Below the pieces are notes generated by a model that had not been told where the DNA came from, did no database searches, and was given only the letters and a program-made list of their open reading frames with translations. The translations under genes were made by a program, and so were the position numbers. From a virus (lineage: Duplodnaviria; Caudoviricetes), in IMG/VR virus record IMGVR_UViG_3300034161_000026, positions 1-54,305 of that record: a stretch of DNA of 54,305 bases; one strand, 5' to 3'. This document shows positions 37,737 through 47,909 of this stretch, piece after piece (the stretch's first letter is position 1; each line of letters begins with the position of its first letter).

Positions 37737-38501
37737 ATGCGCAAACACATCCTGAGCGCCATCCAGGCGCACGCGGCAGCCGAGTACCCGAAAGAGTGCT
37801 GCGGTCTGCTGCTGGGTATTGGTCGCAAGCAGCAGTATTACCCGTGTCGAAACATCGCCAGCGAGCCCAATGAAGAGTTTCGCATTGACCCCGAGGAGTA
37901 CGCAGCGGCCGAAGACATCGGCGAAGTGATCGGCGTCGTACATTCGCACCCGGACGCTACGAGCAGACCGTCACCGCGTGACCTGGCCATGTGTGAGGCC
38001 ACGGCCTTGCCTTGGCACATTCTCAGCTGGCCCGAGGGCGATCTACGCACGGTCATGCCCACCGGTGGAGTTCAGTTGCTCAAGCGTCCGTTCGTGCACG
38101 GTGCCTGGGACTGCTGGCAGGTCTGCGCTGACTGGTACAAGCGCGAATGGGGGCTGGAGTTTGAAGCATTCAAGCGCGCTGATGGCTGGTGGGAGAGCGC
38201 GGACGCCGAAAGCCTGTACGAATCGAATTACGAGGCTGCCGGGTTCGTGAAGGTGGACCGGCCTCAGCGCGGCGACATGATCGTCATGACGGTCGGCCGC
38301 ACGGCTCACCCGAACCATGCCGGGATATTCCTGGGCACTGATCCGAAATTGTCTGGCGAGGATGCCGCGACGTTCGGCCCCGGGCCTTTTCTGCTGCACC
38401 ACCTGTACGGACGCCCGAGCGAGATCATCGTCTTCGGCGGGCCTTGGCTTGATCGGACACGCCTTATTCTCAGGCACAAAGATGCCCGCTCGGCCGACTA
38501 A
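37737..38501 (+). CDS. Tail assembly protein K (JAB plus NlpC/P60)
   Basis: YPKECCG, HSHP..S..D, DCW, NHAG. Confidence 0.92.
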   Translation: MRKHILSAIQAHAAAEYPKECCGLLLGIGRKQQYYPCRNIASEPNEEFRIDPEEYAAAEDIGEVIGVVHSHPDATSRPSPRDLAMCEATALPWHILSWPEGDLRTVMPTGGVQLLKRPFVHGAWDCWQVCADWYKREWGLEFEAFKRADGWWESADAESLYESNYEAAGFVKVDRPQRGDMIVMTVGRTAHPNHAGIFLGTDPKLSGEDAATFGPGPFLLHHLYGRPSEIIVFGGPWLDRTRLILRHKDARSAD

Positions 38502-38507
38502 GCCTGT

Positions 38508-39092
38508 CTACAGGGCATGTCGGAGAGTGGCGGGATCAACACTGCAAAGGAAGTTGTGTACCCATGAAAGTAGAGAACCATGATCCTGCGCGGATTGAGC
38601 ACGGGGAAATATCGTTATCAGATATTGTGGATCGCTTCCTCGGAACCAAAACTCCCGATACTCCCATTTCACATTTTGATGAAGTGCGTCGGCAAGACCA
38701 GGATGAGCAGAGCAATTCTTGTTCGACCATTCCAGCCACAAGCGATAAATGCCCTTAATTGCCTCTTCGTTCTGAGCAAGTTGCTGATCGCGAGGAGTGA
38801 ATTCAACGTAGGAATAGAAGGCCCCGTCCATTTCTCCAGTAAGGCAACCCAGCGTCATGAACGCCCGGTTTGGTGCATTCATCGAGATCAGCAGCTCTCT
38901 CAAGCCGTTTTCTGCCGTAGCTTCATGAATGACGTCAATCAGCTCCGGGTTCTCTATCAAATTGATACCACCGTTATTGCGGTCACCATTTACTGAGACA
39001 TCTGCCGACTGAAAAGGCCAGACCTTGTAGCTTGTAGAATCGTCGATCTTTTTCATATCGGTGGTTATTGCTGCTGCTTGACTCAACGACAC
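38508..39092 (-). CDS. Moron, hypothetical protein
   Basis: 194 aa, AGGAGG RBS, antisense to the tail operon. Confidence 0.75.
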   Translation of the reverse strand: MSLSQAAAITTDMKKIDDSTSYKVWPFQSADVSVNGDRNNGGINLIENPELIDVIHEATAENGLRELLISMNAPNRAFMTLGCLTGEMDGAFYSYVEFTPRDQQLAQNEEAIKGIYRLWLEWSNKNCSAHPGLADALHQNVKWEYREFWFRGSDPQYLITIFPRAQSAQDHGSLLSWVHNFLCSVDPATLRHAL

Positions 39093-39159
39093 ATTGACCT
39101 CCTAGGTCCTATCCGCGCCGAAATTGGCGCAATCCCAGTCCTTGGGCTTGCAGGTCGCA

Positions 39160-39861
39160 TTACTTGAATACCCCTGCTTTTTCAAGGGCGCTCAAAAGTG
39201 TCCCAGCCACAGTTGGGTTTGCGGCCAGAGTTCTCATTAGTCCTATCTCGTCGAACTCTTCGCCGCGCTGATGTTTGGCAAATAACTCTAGCAGGTCTGG
39301 AGAACCTATAAAGGTGAGCATCGCCTGGACCTCGGGAGCGATCTCCGGGGGCTTTTTGTAATCCTGAAATTCGAAGTTGTTAACCTTTGCCGTTTCGAGA
39401 AATTGGCTATCTGGCCGACTTGGATTAGCGTCGATCTGGTCGAACGTCTTGGAAAGTTGCTCTGCAAGCCTTTTTAACCCTGCTCCAGTATCGTCATATC
39501 CGATATAGCGATGGTGGGAAATGTCAAACGGCACCTTTGGAGAGTTGTTGTTTTTTATGATGATGGTCCCAGGCCGGCTGGCGTGACTGAGGCCTAGCTC
39601 GTAGTAGACATTCGGATTTGGATAGGTGATGTCCACAACGACATAATCGGAACGCATGATGCGAGTGACAATATCAGCAGACACTGACCCCAAGGTTGCG
39701 ACCTCGTCGGCGCGCACGACTTCCAGTCCTGGCCTGGCAGCAAGTAGGGCTGCTGAAATAAGGCCGTCGTACTGAGATTTCAGCTCGTATGAAGTGACTT
39801 TTTTACCGTCGAACTCCTGATCGCCAATTGCCATAACCACGAAACAAGTCTTCTTTGTCAT
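39160..39861 (-). CDS. Nucleoside 2-deoxyribosyltransferase-like (deoxyribohydrolase fold) protein
   Basis: CFVVM, RADE, SDYVVVDIT..NPNVYYELG..HA, PFDI. Confidence 0.8.
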   Translation of the reverse strand: MTKKTCFVVMAIGDQEFDGKKVTSYELKSQYDGLISAALLAARPGLEVVRADEVATLGSVSADIVTRIMRSDYVVVDITYPNPNVYYELGLSHASRPGTIIIKNNNSPKVPFDISHHRYIGYDDTGAGLKRLAEQLSKTFDQIDANPSRPDSQFLETAKVNNFEFQDYKKPPEIAPEVQAMLTFIGSPDLLELFAKHQRGEEFDEIGLMRTLAANPTVAGTLLSALEKAGVFK

Positions 39862-40175
39862 ACCTTACTTCCTTGCAGTAATTGATGCCCGGCTGTGTGA
39901 GAGGCGGGGGTGGACGTCCAAATTATTCACCGTTACTCGGTGACGACCTTTCTATCCCTTCGGATATCGCTTGAAAAGGTCATCTGTGGCGCGCGCGGCA
40001 TTTATTAACTCCTCGATTTTCTCGAGAGCTTGCTTCGGATCATTCATGCGTAATCCTTTGAAACTCTATGGCGTGGAGGCAAGAAGCTACTACCGAAAGT
40101 CCGTCGCGTGTTACTGGGGATTCGTACAGGGCCAGGCCAGTGATACAGTCAGCGCTTTCCACAGGAGTGACCTGC

Positions 40176-40517
40176 ATGAAATTGATCGTAGGAGCCTTGG
40201 CTCTGGCGCTGCTTTCGGGCTGCACCGACAGCGGCCCAATAAAGGTTGGACCGGACACCTACACGATTTCAACGCGGGTTCCTTTCGGCGGGCCAGCATC
40301 TGCAAAAGGCCAGGCCCTGAAAGAAGCAAACGTATTTTGTGAATCTCAGGGGCGGGAAATACTCCTCGACCACATGCAGGCGAGCGAATGCGCTTTACAT
40401 GGCGGCTGTGGCGAAGCTGAGATCTATTTCTTCTGCATGGCTAAAGGTGATCCAGAGCTAAAGCGGCAGAGATACAGCCAGGATCCGACGCAGAAGATTG
40501 AGATCGATCAGCGCTGA
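40176..40517 (+). CDS. Lipoprotein moron
   Basis: Lipobox LSGC. Confidence 0.8.
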   Translation: MKLIVGALALALLSGCTDSGPIKVGPDTYTISTRVPFGGPASAKGQALKEANVFCESQGREILLDHMQASECALHGGCGEAEIYFFCMAKGDPELKRQRYSQDPTQKIEIDQR

Positions 40518-40577
40518 AGCTGCTGGGGCGAATAACCCGACTGCTATAGTCGGCACCTTTCAGGACGAGGAAGAATC

Positions 40578-40976
40578 ATGCGGATTTTGATAGGGGCGGT
40601 GGCTATGGCGATGCTGGCGGGGTGTGCGACGTCGCCCACGCCATTGAGCGAAGCCGACCCGGTGCCATCAACAAGACTGTTCTCATATCAGCAGCCAATC
40701 AGCAGTCAGTCGATTCTGATAGTGACCCGGGATACTGGATTTGTTGGTGGTGGCTGCAACACGACAATAAGTATTGATGGTCGGAAATCAGCCGAAATCG
40801 GATCGGGAGAAACAGCGAAGTTTTTCGTGCCGGCAGGTGATCACATCATTTCAGCGTCAGCGTGTGGCAGCGGTCTGAAAGAACGAGAGGCCAGCATCAA
40901 GGAGGGGAGTACAAAGCGTTTCCGAATATCCATCGACTCTGCGATGAGCATGGATTTATCACCAACATCGTTTTAA
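40578..40976 (+). CDS. Lipoprotein moron
   Basis: Lipobox LAGC; RDTGF.G.GC. Confidence 0.8.
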   Translation: MRILIGAVAMAMLAGCATSPTPLSEADPVPSTRLFSYQQPISSQSILIVTRDTGFVGGGCNTTISIDGRKSAEIGSGETAKFFVPAGDHIISASACGSGLKEREASIKEGSTKRFRISIDSAMSMDLSPTSF

Positions 40977-40979
40977 AGG

Positions 40980-41003
40980 AAACCGCCTAAGGGCGGTTTT
41001 TTT
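40980..41003 (+). terminator. Intrinsic terminator
   Basis: AAACCGCC-TAAG-GGCGGTTTTTTT. Confidence 0.8.
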
Positions 41004-41019
41004 ACGCCTGGAGAAACCC

Positions 41020-41610
41020 GTGACAGTGAATATCAGCCCCCATCAGTCAATGACCACCATTTTTCTTTCGGGTCCGCTCATCAATCTTTTTGGTCGAATC
41101 CACTACCGAGAGCTCGGTAGCAAATCGGTAGGCGAGGCGTTTAAGGCCTTGAAATGCACGCTGGATGGGTTTGAGGCGGCTATCAAGGATCTCGAGCGGA
41201 AAGGCATGCGCTTTGCGATATTTCGTAATCGGAAAAACGTATCCGAGAAGGATTTTGCTTTGGGCGGCGCCCAAGAAATTCGAATCGTTCCGGTGATTGC
41301 AGGCAGCAAGCGGGCCGGGCTACTCCAGACAATCATTGGTGCAGTGCTTATCGTGGCAGGCACCTACTTTGGCCAGCCATGGGCTGTTCAGTTGGGTGTT
41401 GGCCTTGTCGCCGGCGGCGTGATTCAGATGCTCAGTCCGCAAGCATCAGGCTTGAAACAAAGCTCATCCCCCGAAAACGCACCGTCCTACGCTTTCGGCG
41501 GCGCCAAGAACACTACCGCCAGCGGCAACCCAGTCCCGATCTGCATTGGCGACCGGCGCTGGGGCGGCATGATCATTTCCGCATCGATCTACGCCGAAGA
41601 CAAAACGTAA
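41020..41610 (+). CDS. Tail assembly protein I
   Basis: IRIVPVIAGSK, SYAF....NT...G.PVP...G. Confidence 0.9.
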   Translation: MTVNISPHQSMTTIFLSGPLINLFGRIHYRELGSKSVGEAFKALKCTLDGFEAAIKDLERKGMRFAIFRNRKNVSEKDFALGGAQEIRIVPVIAGSKRAGLLQTIIGAVLIVAGTYFGQPWAVQLGVGLVAGGVIQMLSPQASGLKQSSSPENAPSYAFGGAKNTTASGNPVPICIGDRRWGGMIISASIYAEDKT

Positions 41611-41667
41611 ATCGAGCGCAACACGCAGACCGCCCACAAGGCGGTTTTTTTATGCCTGGAGGAAAGC

Positions 41668-44600
41668 ATGGGCGCAGCACAGAAAATCGAAATCCACGGC
41701 GAGAAAGGCGGCAGCAGCAAGCCGAAGTCGCCGACCGAAGCCAGCGATAGCCTGCGCTCGACGAACCTGGCCAAGATCCTGATCGCTGTGGGCGAGGGCG
41801 AATTCGACGAGGTGCCGACGGACTACAATATCTTCCTCGACAACACCCCGATCCGGGACGCGAGCGGCAATTACAACTTCCCGAACGTGAAATGGGATTG
41901 GCGCTCCGGTTCCGTGGATCAGACCTATATCCCCGGTATCCCGTCGGTCGAAAACGAAACCTCGCTCAACGTAGAGCTGCGCAGCGATTCCCCGTGGGTG
42001 CGCTCGATCACCAACACTCAGCTCTCTGCTGCGCGGGTACGCTTGGCTTGGCCCGCGCTGCAACGCCAAGATGATGAAGGCAACGTTGGTGGCTACAAAA
42101 TCGAGTACGCGATTGACGTGGCCACTGACGGCGGCGCGTATCAGCAGGTTCTGCTCGACGCAGTGGACGGCAAGACCACCACACGTTATGAGCGCTCGGC
42201 GCGAATCGATTTGCCCGAGGCAACCACTGGCTGGCAGATCCGCGTTCGCCGACTGACGCCGAACCAGAACAGCAACAAGATCGCCGACACGATGCTGATC
42301 GCCGGTTACACCGAAGTGATCGACGCCAAGCTGCGCTACCCGAACACCGCGTTGCTTCACATCGAATTCGACGCCGAGCAGTTCACCAACATCCCGGTGG
42401 TCACCGTGCGGTGCCGCGCCCGCAAATGGCAGGTGCCGAGCAACTACGACCCGATCGCCCGGACCTACACCGGCACCTGGGACGGCACCATGAAACAGGC
42501 GTGGACCAATAACCCAGCCTGGGTCACTTACGGCATTTGCACTGAAGACCGTTTCGGCCTGGGCAAGCGCATCAAGTCGTTCATGGTCGACAAGTGGGAG
42601 CTTTACCGGATCGCGCAGTACGCCGACCAGATGGTGCCAAACGGGCTTGGCGGTGTTGAGCCGCGCTTCCTGTGCGACATGAACCTGCAAGGAAAAGCGG
42701 ATGCCTGGTCGCTGTTGCGCGATATCGCCGGCATTTACCGGGGCATGACCTACTGGGCTCAGGGCCAACTGGTGATGCAAGCCGATATGCCGCGCGCGCA
42801 AGACTTCGACTACGTTTTCACTCGAGCAAACGTGGTCGATGGCAAGTTTTCCTACGGCAGCGCCTCGGCGAAGACTCGATACACTCGGGCACTGGTCAGC
42901 TACGACAACCCGGCGAACAACTACGACACCGACGTCATTCCGTTCGCGGACCTGGACCTTCAGCGGCGCATGGGCGACAAGCCTACCGAGCTGAGCGCCA
43001 TCGGCTGCACCCGGGCGTCCGAGGCGCAGCGCCGCGGCAAGTGGGCGATCCTGAGCAACAATCAGGACCGCACCGTGTCGTTCAAGACCGGCATGGAGGG
43101 GGTGATTCCTCTGCCGGGCCACATCATCCCGGTGGCGGACTCGCTACTGGCGGGCCGAGAGGTTGGCGGCCGCATTTCTGCGGTGCTGGGCCGCACCGTC
43201 ACCCTTGACCGCGACACTCAGGCGAAGTCGGGCGACAGGCTGATCATCAACCTGCCCGGCGGGCGGGCCGAGGGCCGCACCGTGCAGAGCGTGAGCGGCC
43301 GCATCATCACCGTGACCACCAATTACAGCGAGGCACCTCTGCCGCAATTGCAGTGGGCGCTGGATGCCAATGACCTGGCCATACCGCTGTATCGCGTGCT
43401 CAGCACCCGACGCACGACCGAAGGCGACTTCGAAATCAGCGCACTGCATTACGACCCAAGCAAGTTTGCGTTCATCGACACCGGCGCCCGGCTTGAAGAA
43501 CGGCCGATCAGCGTAATCCCGATCACCGTCGTTCCGGCGCCGGCCAGCGTGTCCGTCACGTCGAACTCGGTCGTGTCCCAGGGCATTGCCGTCGCCACGA
43601 TGACCATCACCTGGCCGGCGGTGAACGGCGCGGTCGGGTATGACGTCGAGTGGCGCAAGGACAGTGGCAACTGGATCAAGCTGCAGCGCACCGGGATGAC
43701 CAGTGTGGACGTGGTCGGTATTTATGCCGGCGCCTACGTGGCCCGCGTCCGCGCGGTGAGCGCTTTCGACATCTCGTCGATCTGGCGTTCTTCGGTCCTG
43801 ACCAATCTCAAGGGCAAGGAGGGCTTGCCGCCGGCGGTGTCGTACCTGACGGCCACGCCGTTGCTGTTCGGTATTTACCTGAAGTGGGGTTTCCCTGCGG
43901 GTGCCGAGGATACCCAGCGCACGGAGATCTGGTACGGGCCAACGACCAGTCTAGAGGCTGCGACCAAGCTGACCGACCTGTCGTACCCGCAAAGTGATTT
44001 CTCGATGCTCGGGCTGCGCGCGGGCGTGACCTTTTACTTCTGGGCGCGCCTGGTAGATCGGATCGGCAACATTGGTCCGTGGTATCCGGTCGGCATCGGC
44101 GTGCAGGGCCAGTCGAGTTCCGACGCTTCCGCAATCCTCGCAATGATTGCCGGTGAGATCGGTCGTACCGAACTTGGCCAGGACCTGCTGGACGAGATCG
44201 ACAAGATTCCTGGCCTTCAGGCACAGATCGACGCGTTGGATGGCCTTAAAGCCTATGACCCGGACGCCACCTATTTGGAATACGATCTTGTCGTGGTCGG
44301 CAAGCGCATCTACCAAGCCACTGGCGCGGTGCCGATCAACACACCACCGCCAAATGCCGCTTACTGGCTGGACGTTGGTCAGACTGTGCAGACGGCTAAT
44401 GGGTTGGCACAGCAGGTTGCGACCAACACTGCCGACATCACCGAAATCGACGGCGTGGTCACCGCTCAAGCGACCGCATTTCAGGCGTTGCGCGCTTCGT
44501 TCCGCGACGACACAGGGGAAGGCGATCTTGCGGACGCACTGAAAGGCTGGAGCAGCACCGCAGCCATCGCAAGCGAGGAGAAGGTCCGAGCCTCGGAAAA

Positions 44601-45231
44601 CCTGGCCACAGCCCAGAAAGTAACCACGCTGACCTCGGCCGTGGGCGATAACCAGGCGGCCGTCACAGACCTCCGTCAGACCGTGGCCACTGACAAGGAA
44701 GCCACCGCGACAGCGATCACCCAAGTCAACGTGAAGGTTGGCGAGAACAGCGCGGCCATCCAAGAGACGTCGACTGCATACGCCAACACCGCCGGCAAGC
44801 TCTCGACAATGTGGTCGGTGAAAATGCAACTCACCGTCGACGGCAAGTACGTCGCCGCCGGTATTGGCCTGGGTATCGAGGATACGGGAGCAGGCCTGCA
44901 AAGCCAGTTCCTGGTGAGTGCTGATCGCTTCGCCATCGTCAATACCATTGCAGGCGGTGCCATCTCGGTGCCGTTTGCAGTGCAGGGTGGGCAGGTGTTC
45001 ATGAATTCTGCGTTTATCGCCGACGGCACGATCACCAACGCAAAGATCGGCAGTTACATCAGCTCGACCAACTACATCGCCGGTCAGCAGGGTTGGATTC
45101 TCAACAAAGACGGGACGCTGGAGATCAACGGTATTGTGCCGGGGCAGGGTCGGCTGGTGATCAACTCGCTCAACGTCTCGGTCTACGACGCGAACAACGT
45201 GCTGCGCGTTCGACTTGGATATCTGGGGTGA
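41668..45231 (+). CDS. Host specificity / central tail tip protein J
   Basis: 1187 aa; WTNNPAW, EPRF.C, GCT..SEA.R.G.W, FN3 repeats. Confidence 0.95.
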   Translation: MGAAQKIEIHGEKGGSSKPKSPTEASDSLRSTNLAKILIAVGEGEFDEVPTDYNIFLDNTPIRDASGNYNFPNVKWDWRSGSVDQTYIPGIPSVENETSLNVELRSDSPWVRSITNTQLSAARVRLAWPALQRQDDEGNVGGYKIEYAIDVATDGGAYQQVLLDAVDGKTTTRYERSARIDLPEATTGWQIRVRRLTPNQNSNKIADTMLIAGYTEVIDAKLRYPNTALLHIEFDAEQFTNIPVVTVRCRARKWQVPSNYDPIARTYTGTWDGTMKQAWTNNPAWVTYGICTEDRFGLGKRIKSFMVDKWELYRIAQYADQMVPNGLGGVEPRFLCDMNLQGKADAWSLLRDIAGIYRGMTYWAQGQLVMQADMPRAQDFDYVFTRANVVDGKFSYGSASAKTRYTRALVSYDNPANNYDTDVIPFADLDLQRRMGDKPTELSAIGCTRASEAQRRGKWAILSNNQDRTVSFKTGMEGVIPLPGHIIPVADSLLAGREVGGRISAVLGRTVTLDRDTQAKSGDRLIINLPGGRAEGRTVQSVSGRIITVTTNYSEAPLPQLQWALDANDLAIPLYRVLSTRRTTEGDFEISALHYDPSKFAFIDTGARLEERPISVIPITVVPAPASVSVTSNSVVSQGIAVATMTITWPAVNGAVGYDVEWRKDSGNWIKLQRTGMTSVDVVGIYAGAYVARVRAVSAFDISSIWRSSVLTNLKGKEGLPPAVSYLTATPLLFGIYLKWGFPAGAEDTQRTEIWYGPTTSLEAATKLTDLSYPQSDFSMLGLRAGVTFYFWARLVDRIGNIGPWYPVGIGVQGQSSSDASAILAMIAGEIGRTELGQDLLDEIDKIPGLQAQIDALDGLKAYDPDATYLEYDLVVVGKRIYQATGAVPINTPPPNAAYWLDVGQTVQTANGLAQQVATNTADITEIDGVVTAQATAFQALRASFRDDTGEGDLADALKGWSSTAAIASEEKVRASENLATAQKVTTLTSAVGDNQAAVTDLRQTVATDKEATATAITQVNVKVGENSAAIQETSTAYANTAGKLSTMWSVKMQLTVDGKYVAAGIGLGIEDTGAGLQSQFLVSADRFAIVNTIAGGAISVPFAVQGGQVFMNSAFIADGTITNAKIGSYISSTNYIAGQQGWILNKDGTLEINGIVPGQGRLVINSLNVSVYDANNVLRVRLGYLG

Positions 45232-45234
45232 TAA

Positions 45235-45558
45235 ATGGCTCATGGAATGCGGGTATGGGGGCCTGATGGAGTGCTCCAAATCGACGAAAACTCATTCACT
45301 ATCCGCGTGGCGCTCTCGGTTCTGGTGACCTTTCCAGTGGGGGGAAGCAAAGGGAATCAGGACTTTTCTGTACCTGGTGTTGGCCCCGGCAACGGCTCAG
45401 CTGTTGTAGTTCCAGTGGGAGCCTACAGCGATACTCAGTTGCAGTTTGAAACCGAGCTGCTGGATGGCGTGGCTAGGGTCTACAACCACACCCGAACGTT
45501 CGCGGCGAGCACCACGGCGTCCGGGACCATGCGTTTGATCGTGATGAGGTTTAGCTGA
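45235..45558 (+). CDS. Tail tip accessory protein
   Basis: GMRVWG.DG.LQID, follows J. Confidence 0.65.
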   Translation: MAHGMRVWGPDGVLQIDENSFTIRVALSVLVTFPVGGSKGNQDFSVPGVGPGNGSAVVVPVGAYSDTQLQFETELLDGVARVYNHTRTFAASTTASGTMRLIVMRFS

Positions 45559-46244
45559 TGGCTTCATTCGGTCTTCAATACACCAACAACACCAATACGG
45601 TCGTCATCGATTCGGAGTACGCCAGGCTGGTGGTGATCTCGTCCGGCCGCTTCGCTCCCACAGGGGAGGATTCGGGGATGGGCTCGACGACTTACTTCGC
45701 CAGGCCGGTGACTTCGCAGGAGCCGCCGCTGGTGTTCGTGCGCCCGGACACGGTGGGCGGCGTGGCCGGTCTTTGTCAGATGCGCCTGATCGGTTCGGCC
45801 GGCAATTGGACTGGGTTCTATGTCCGGGCCTACAACGCGGTAACGGCTGCGCCCAATGGCCGGTATTTTGTTGCCGCGTTTGGGGCGCAGCCGGTGGCCC
45901 AGTACGGCATGCGGCTCTGGGATGGCGCCGGGAAACTGCTGTTCGACTCAGGGACCTCGTGTGCAACGTTCACCCGGTCTTTCCAGAACTGGACTTACGT
46001 CCGGGACGACAAGGATGCTCAGGGTCTGACCCGGATTTATTACACGGTACCGTTCAACTTCCCGCAGAACGAATTCATGCTGCTTAACAGCTTCGGCATG
46101 AACATGACGTCGGGCAGTGGCATTCCGCGCAACCTCTACTGCTGGTGGGACTTTCCCAACAACACGCTCTACGCCATCACCGTGGCAGCAGCCAACCCCA
46201 TCGCGTTTTTTCTCCCAGCAGTCTTCGCCAAGCTGGCTGTTTAA
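45558..46244 (+). CDS. Tail tip accessory protein
   Basis: YGMRLWD..GKLLFDS. Confidence 0.65.
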   Translation: MASFGLQYTNNTNTVVIDSEYARLVVISSGRFAPTGEDSGMGSTTYFARPVTSQEPPLVFVRPDTVGGVAGLCQMRLIGSAGNWTGFYVRAYNAVTAAPNGRYFVAAFGAQPVAQYGMRLWDGAGKLLFDSGTSCATFTRSFQNWTYVRDDKDAQGLTRIYYTVPFNFPQNEFMLLNSFGMNMTSGSGIPRNLYCWWDFPNNTLYAITVAAANPIAFFLPAVFAKLAV

Positions 46245-46267
46245 CTCAATTCAGAAGGAAGCAAGTC

Positions 46268-47200
46268 ATGCCCTGGTACAAAGCCGGGACGGTTTCTGTC
46301 GTCCAAAATTCGAATGCTGTCATCGGCACCGGAACTGCCTTCATCGCGAACAGTCGGGTGGGGGATGCATTTCGGGGGCCAGATGGTGGCTGGTACGAGG
46401 TGACCAACATCGCCAGCGATACAGCGATGTCGATCTCGCCGAATTATCAAGGCGCAACCACTGGCGCGGGTAGTTACGCTTTGGCGCCGCTGCAGGGCTA
46501 TGTTAAGGATTCGGCGGATGCGTTGCGCGCCCTAGTCAACCAGTACGGCGCCAAACTCGCCGCGCTGGGTACGACCGGCAACTATGAAATTCTGCCACCC
46601 AACAAAGGCGGGACCGGTATTTCCGACTTGTCGGCCTTTATCCAGACCCTGCTAAACGATTCCGATGCAGCTGCGGGACGCGCCACTCTGATGGCCGCGA
46701 AATCTGGCGTAAATTCCGACATCACAGCTATTGCCGGACTGACGACCGCGTTAAGCGTCGCTCAGGGAGGCACCGGCGGCAATACGCAAAGCGCCGCGCG
46801 TACTGGGCTTGGCCTTGGTTCAGCAGCTGTAGCCGCTATCCTTGGAACGGTCAGTCAGTCCGGGGGTGTTCCGACGGGGGCGATTATCGAAAACGCGACA
46901 AATGCGAATGGGAGGTACATCAAATATGCAGATGGAACCCTGATCTGTATCGGCGGGATCAACATCACAGCAAGCGGAACACTTGCGGCAGTCGGCTCCG
47001 CGACTCTGCCCTACGCTATGATTGATTCCAACTACTACGCCGGGGCCACTATGGCGGCTCTTATCGGCACTCAAGGATTCAGCGTATTCAGGGTAACCAG
47101 ATCGGCGACGGCGATGACCATGGACTTCTGGTCGATTAGTGGCGGAGCGAGTTCCGGTACATCTGCTGCGGCTTACCTCGCAATAGGACGGTGGTTCTGA
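46268..47200 (+). CDS. Tail fibre protein
   Basis: MPWYKAGTVSV, GGTG repeats, NANG.YIKYADGT, ends in GRWF. Confidence 0.85.
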   Translation: MPWYKAGTVSVVQNSNAVIGTGTAFIANSRVGDAFRGPDGGWYEVTNIASDTAMSISPNYQGATTGAGSYALAPLQGYVKDSADALRALVNQYGAKLAALGTTGNYEILPPNKGGTGISDLSAFIQTLLNDSDAAAGRATLMAAKSGVNSDITAIAGLTTALSVAQGGTGGNTQSAARTGLGLGSAAVAAILGTVSQSGGVPTGAIIENATNANGRYIKYADGTLICIGGINITASGTLAAVGSATLPYAMIDSNYYAGATMAALIGTQGFSVFRVTRSATAMTMDFWSISGGASSGTSAAAYLAIGRWF

Positions 47201-47571
47201 TGAGAATCTATTTATCGCCTCAGCGCAGCGACGCGACGCTGCAAATTTCTCGCACAGGCAACACCCTCACCTTGAATGGTGAGTCCTTCGATTTTTCCTT
47301 GATGAACGAAGGCGACACACTTCCCGCTTCGGCTATCAAATCGACATGGTTCGTTGGACCTGTGGACAAAATTAACGGCGATCTTGTTCTGACACTGCTG
47401 TTGCCGCTGCCGCCTAACTTCAGTCCAGAGCAAGCGTTTCCGGAACCATTGATTAATGTGCCTGACGGTCCGATCACTCTTCCGCAGCCTTTGCCGGCCA
47501 TCGAGAAAACGGAGGCTAGGCAGCAGGACGCCGCCGAGACTGGGTTTCCAGCAGGGGAGTTAGAAGCATGA
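47200..47571 (+). CDS. Tail fibre-associated protein
   Basis: LSPQRSD..L...G..L..NGE.FDFS. Confidence 0.7.
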   Translation: MRIYLSPQRSDATLQISRTGNTLTLNGESFDFSLMNEGDTLPASAIKSTWFVGPVDKINGDLVLTLLLPLPPNFSPEQAFPEPLINVPDGPITLPQPLPAIEKTEARQQDAAETGFPAGELEA

Positions 47572-47849
47572 TAGAGAACATCGACTGGACCCAGTTGGTC
47601 ACCCAGAAAATCAAGGATCAGGTCAAGGCCGCGCAGGTGCTCTCGACAGTGATAGCCGAGAGCGCGAGGCGCCGCACCGTTGCAGACTCTGCAATCGCTC
47701 CACTGCAAGACGCCGTGGACGTTGACGACGCTACCGTTGCAGAGGTCGCCCTGTTGAAAGCCTGGAAGAAGTACCGAGTTGCGCTGAACCGGCTACCCGA
47801 GCAGCTGGGTTACCCGGCAGCTATCGAGTGGCCTGTGGAACCCGTCTGA
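47568..47849 (+). CDS. Tail fibre assembly chaperone (Tfa)
   Basis: IAPLQDAVD...AT..E...L.AWKKYRV.L.R...WP..P. Confidence 0.85.
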   Translation: MIENIDWTQLVTQKIKDQVKAAQVLSTVIAESARRRTVADSAIAPLQDAVDVDDATVAEVALLKAWKKYRVALNRLPEQLGYPAAIEWPVEPV

Positions 47850-47909
47850 TCAAGTGCTCGTTACCGAGTCCCGTCATCGAGCGGGATTTTTTTTGCCTGG
47901 AGAAAAGTG

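Noticed and set aside
39952-40047. 31-aa minus-strand ORF upstream of the NDT-like gene
   Set aside because: Too short and unsupported; may be a gene remnant
22414-45279. Long minus-strand ORFs (22414-24039, 27474-28751, 41650-43122, 43951-45279 and others)
   Set aside because: Antisense shadows of GC-rich structural genes with no recognisable motifs
41668-47849. Diversity-generating retroelement or invertible tail fibre
   Set aside because: No reverse transcriptase, template/variable repeat pair or invertase seen
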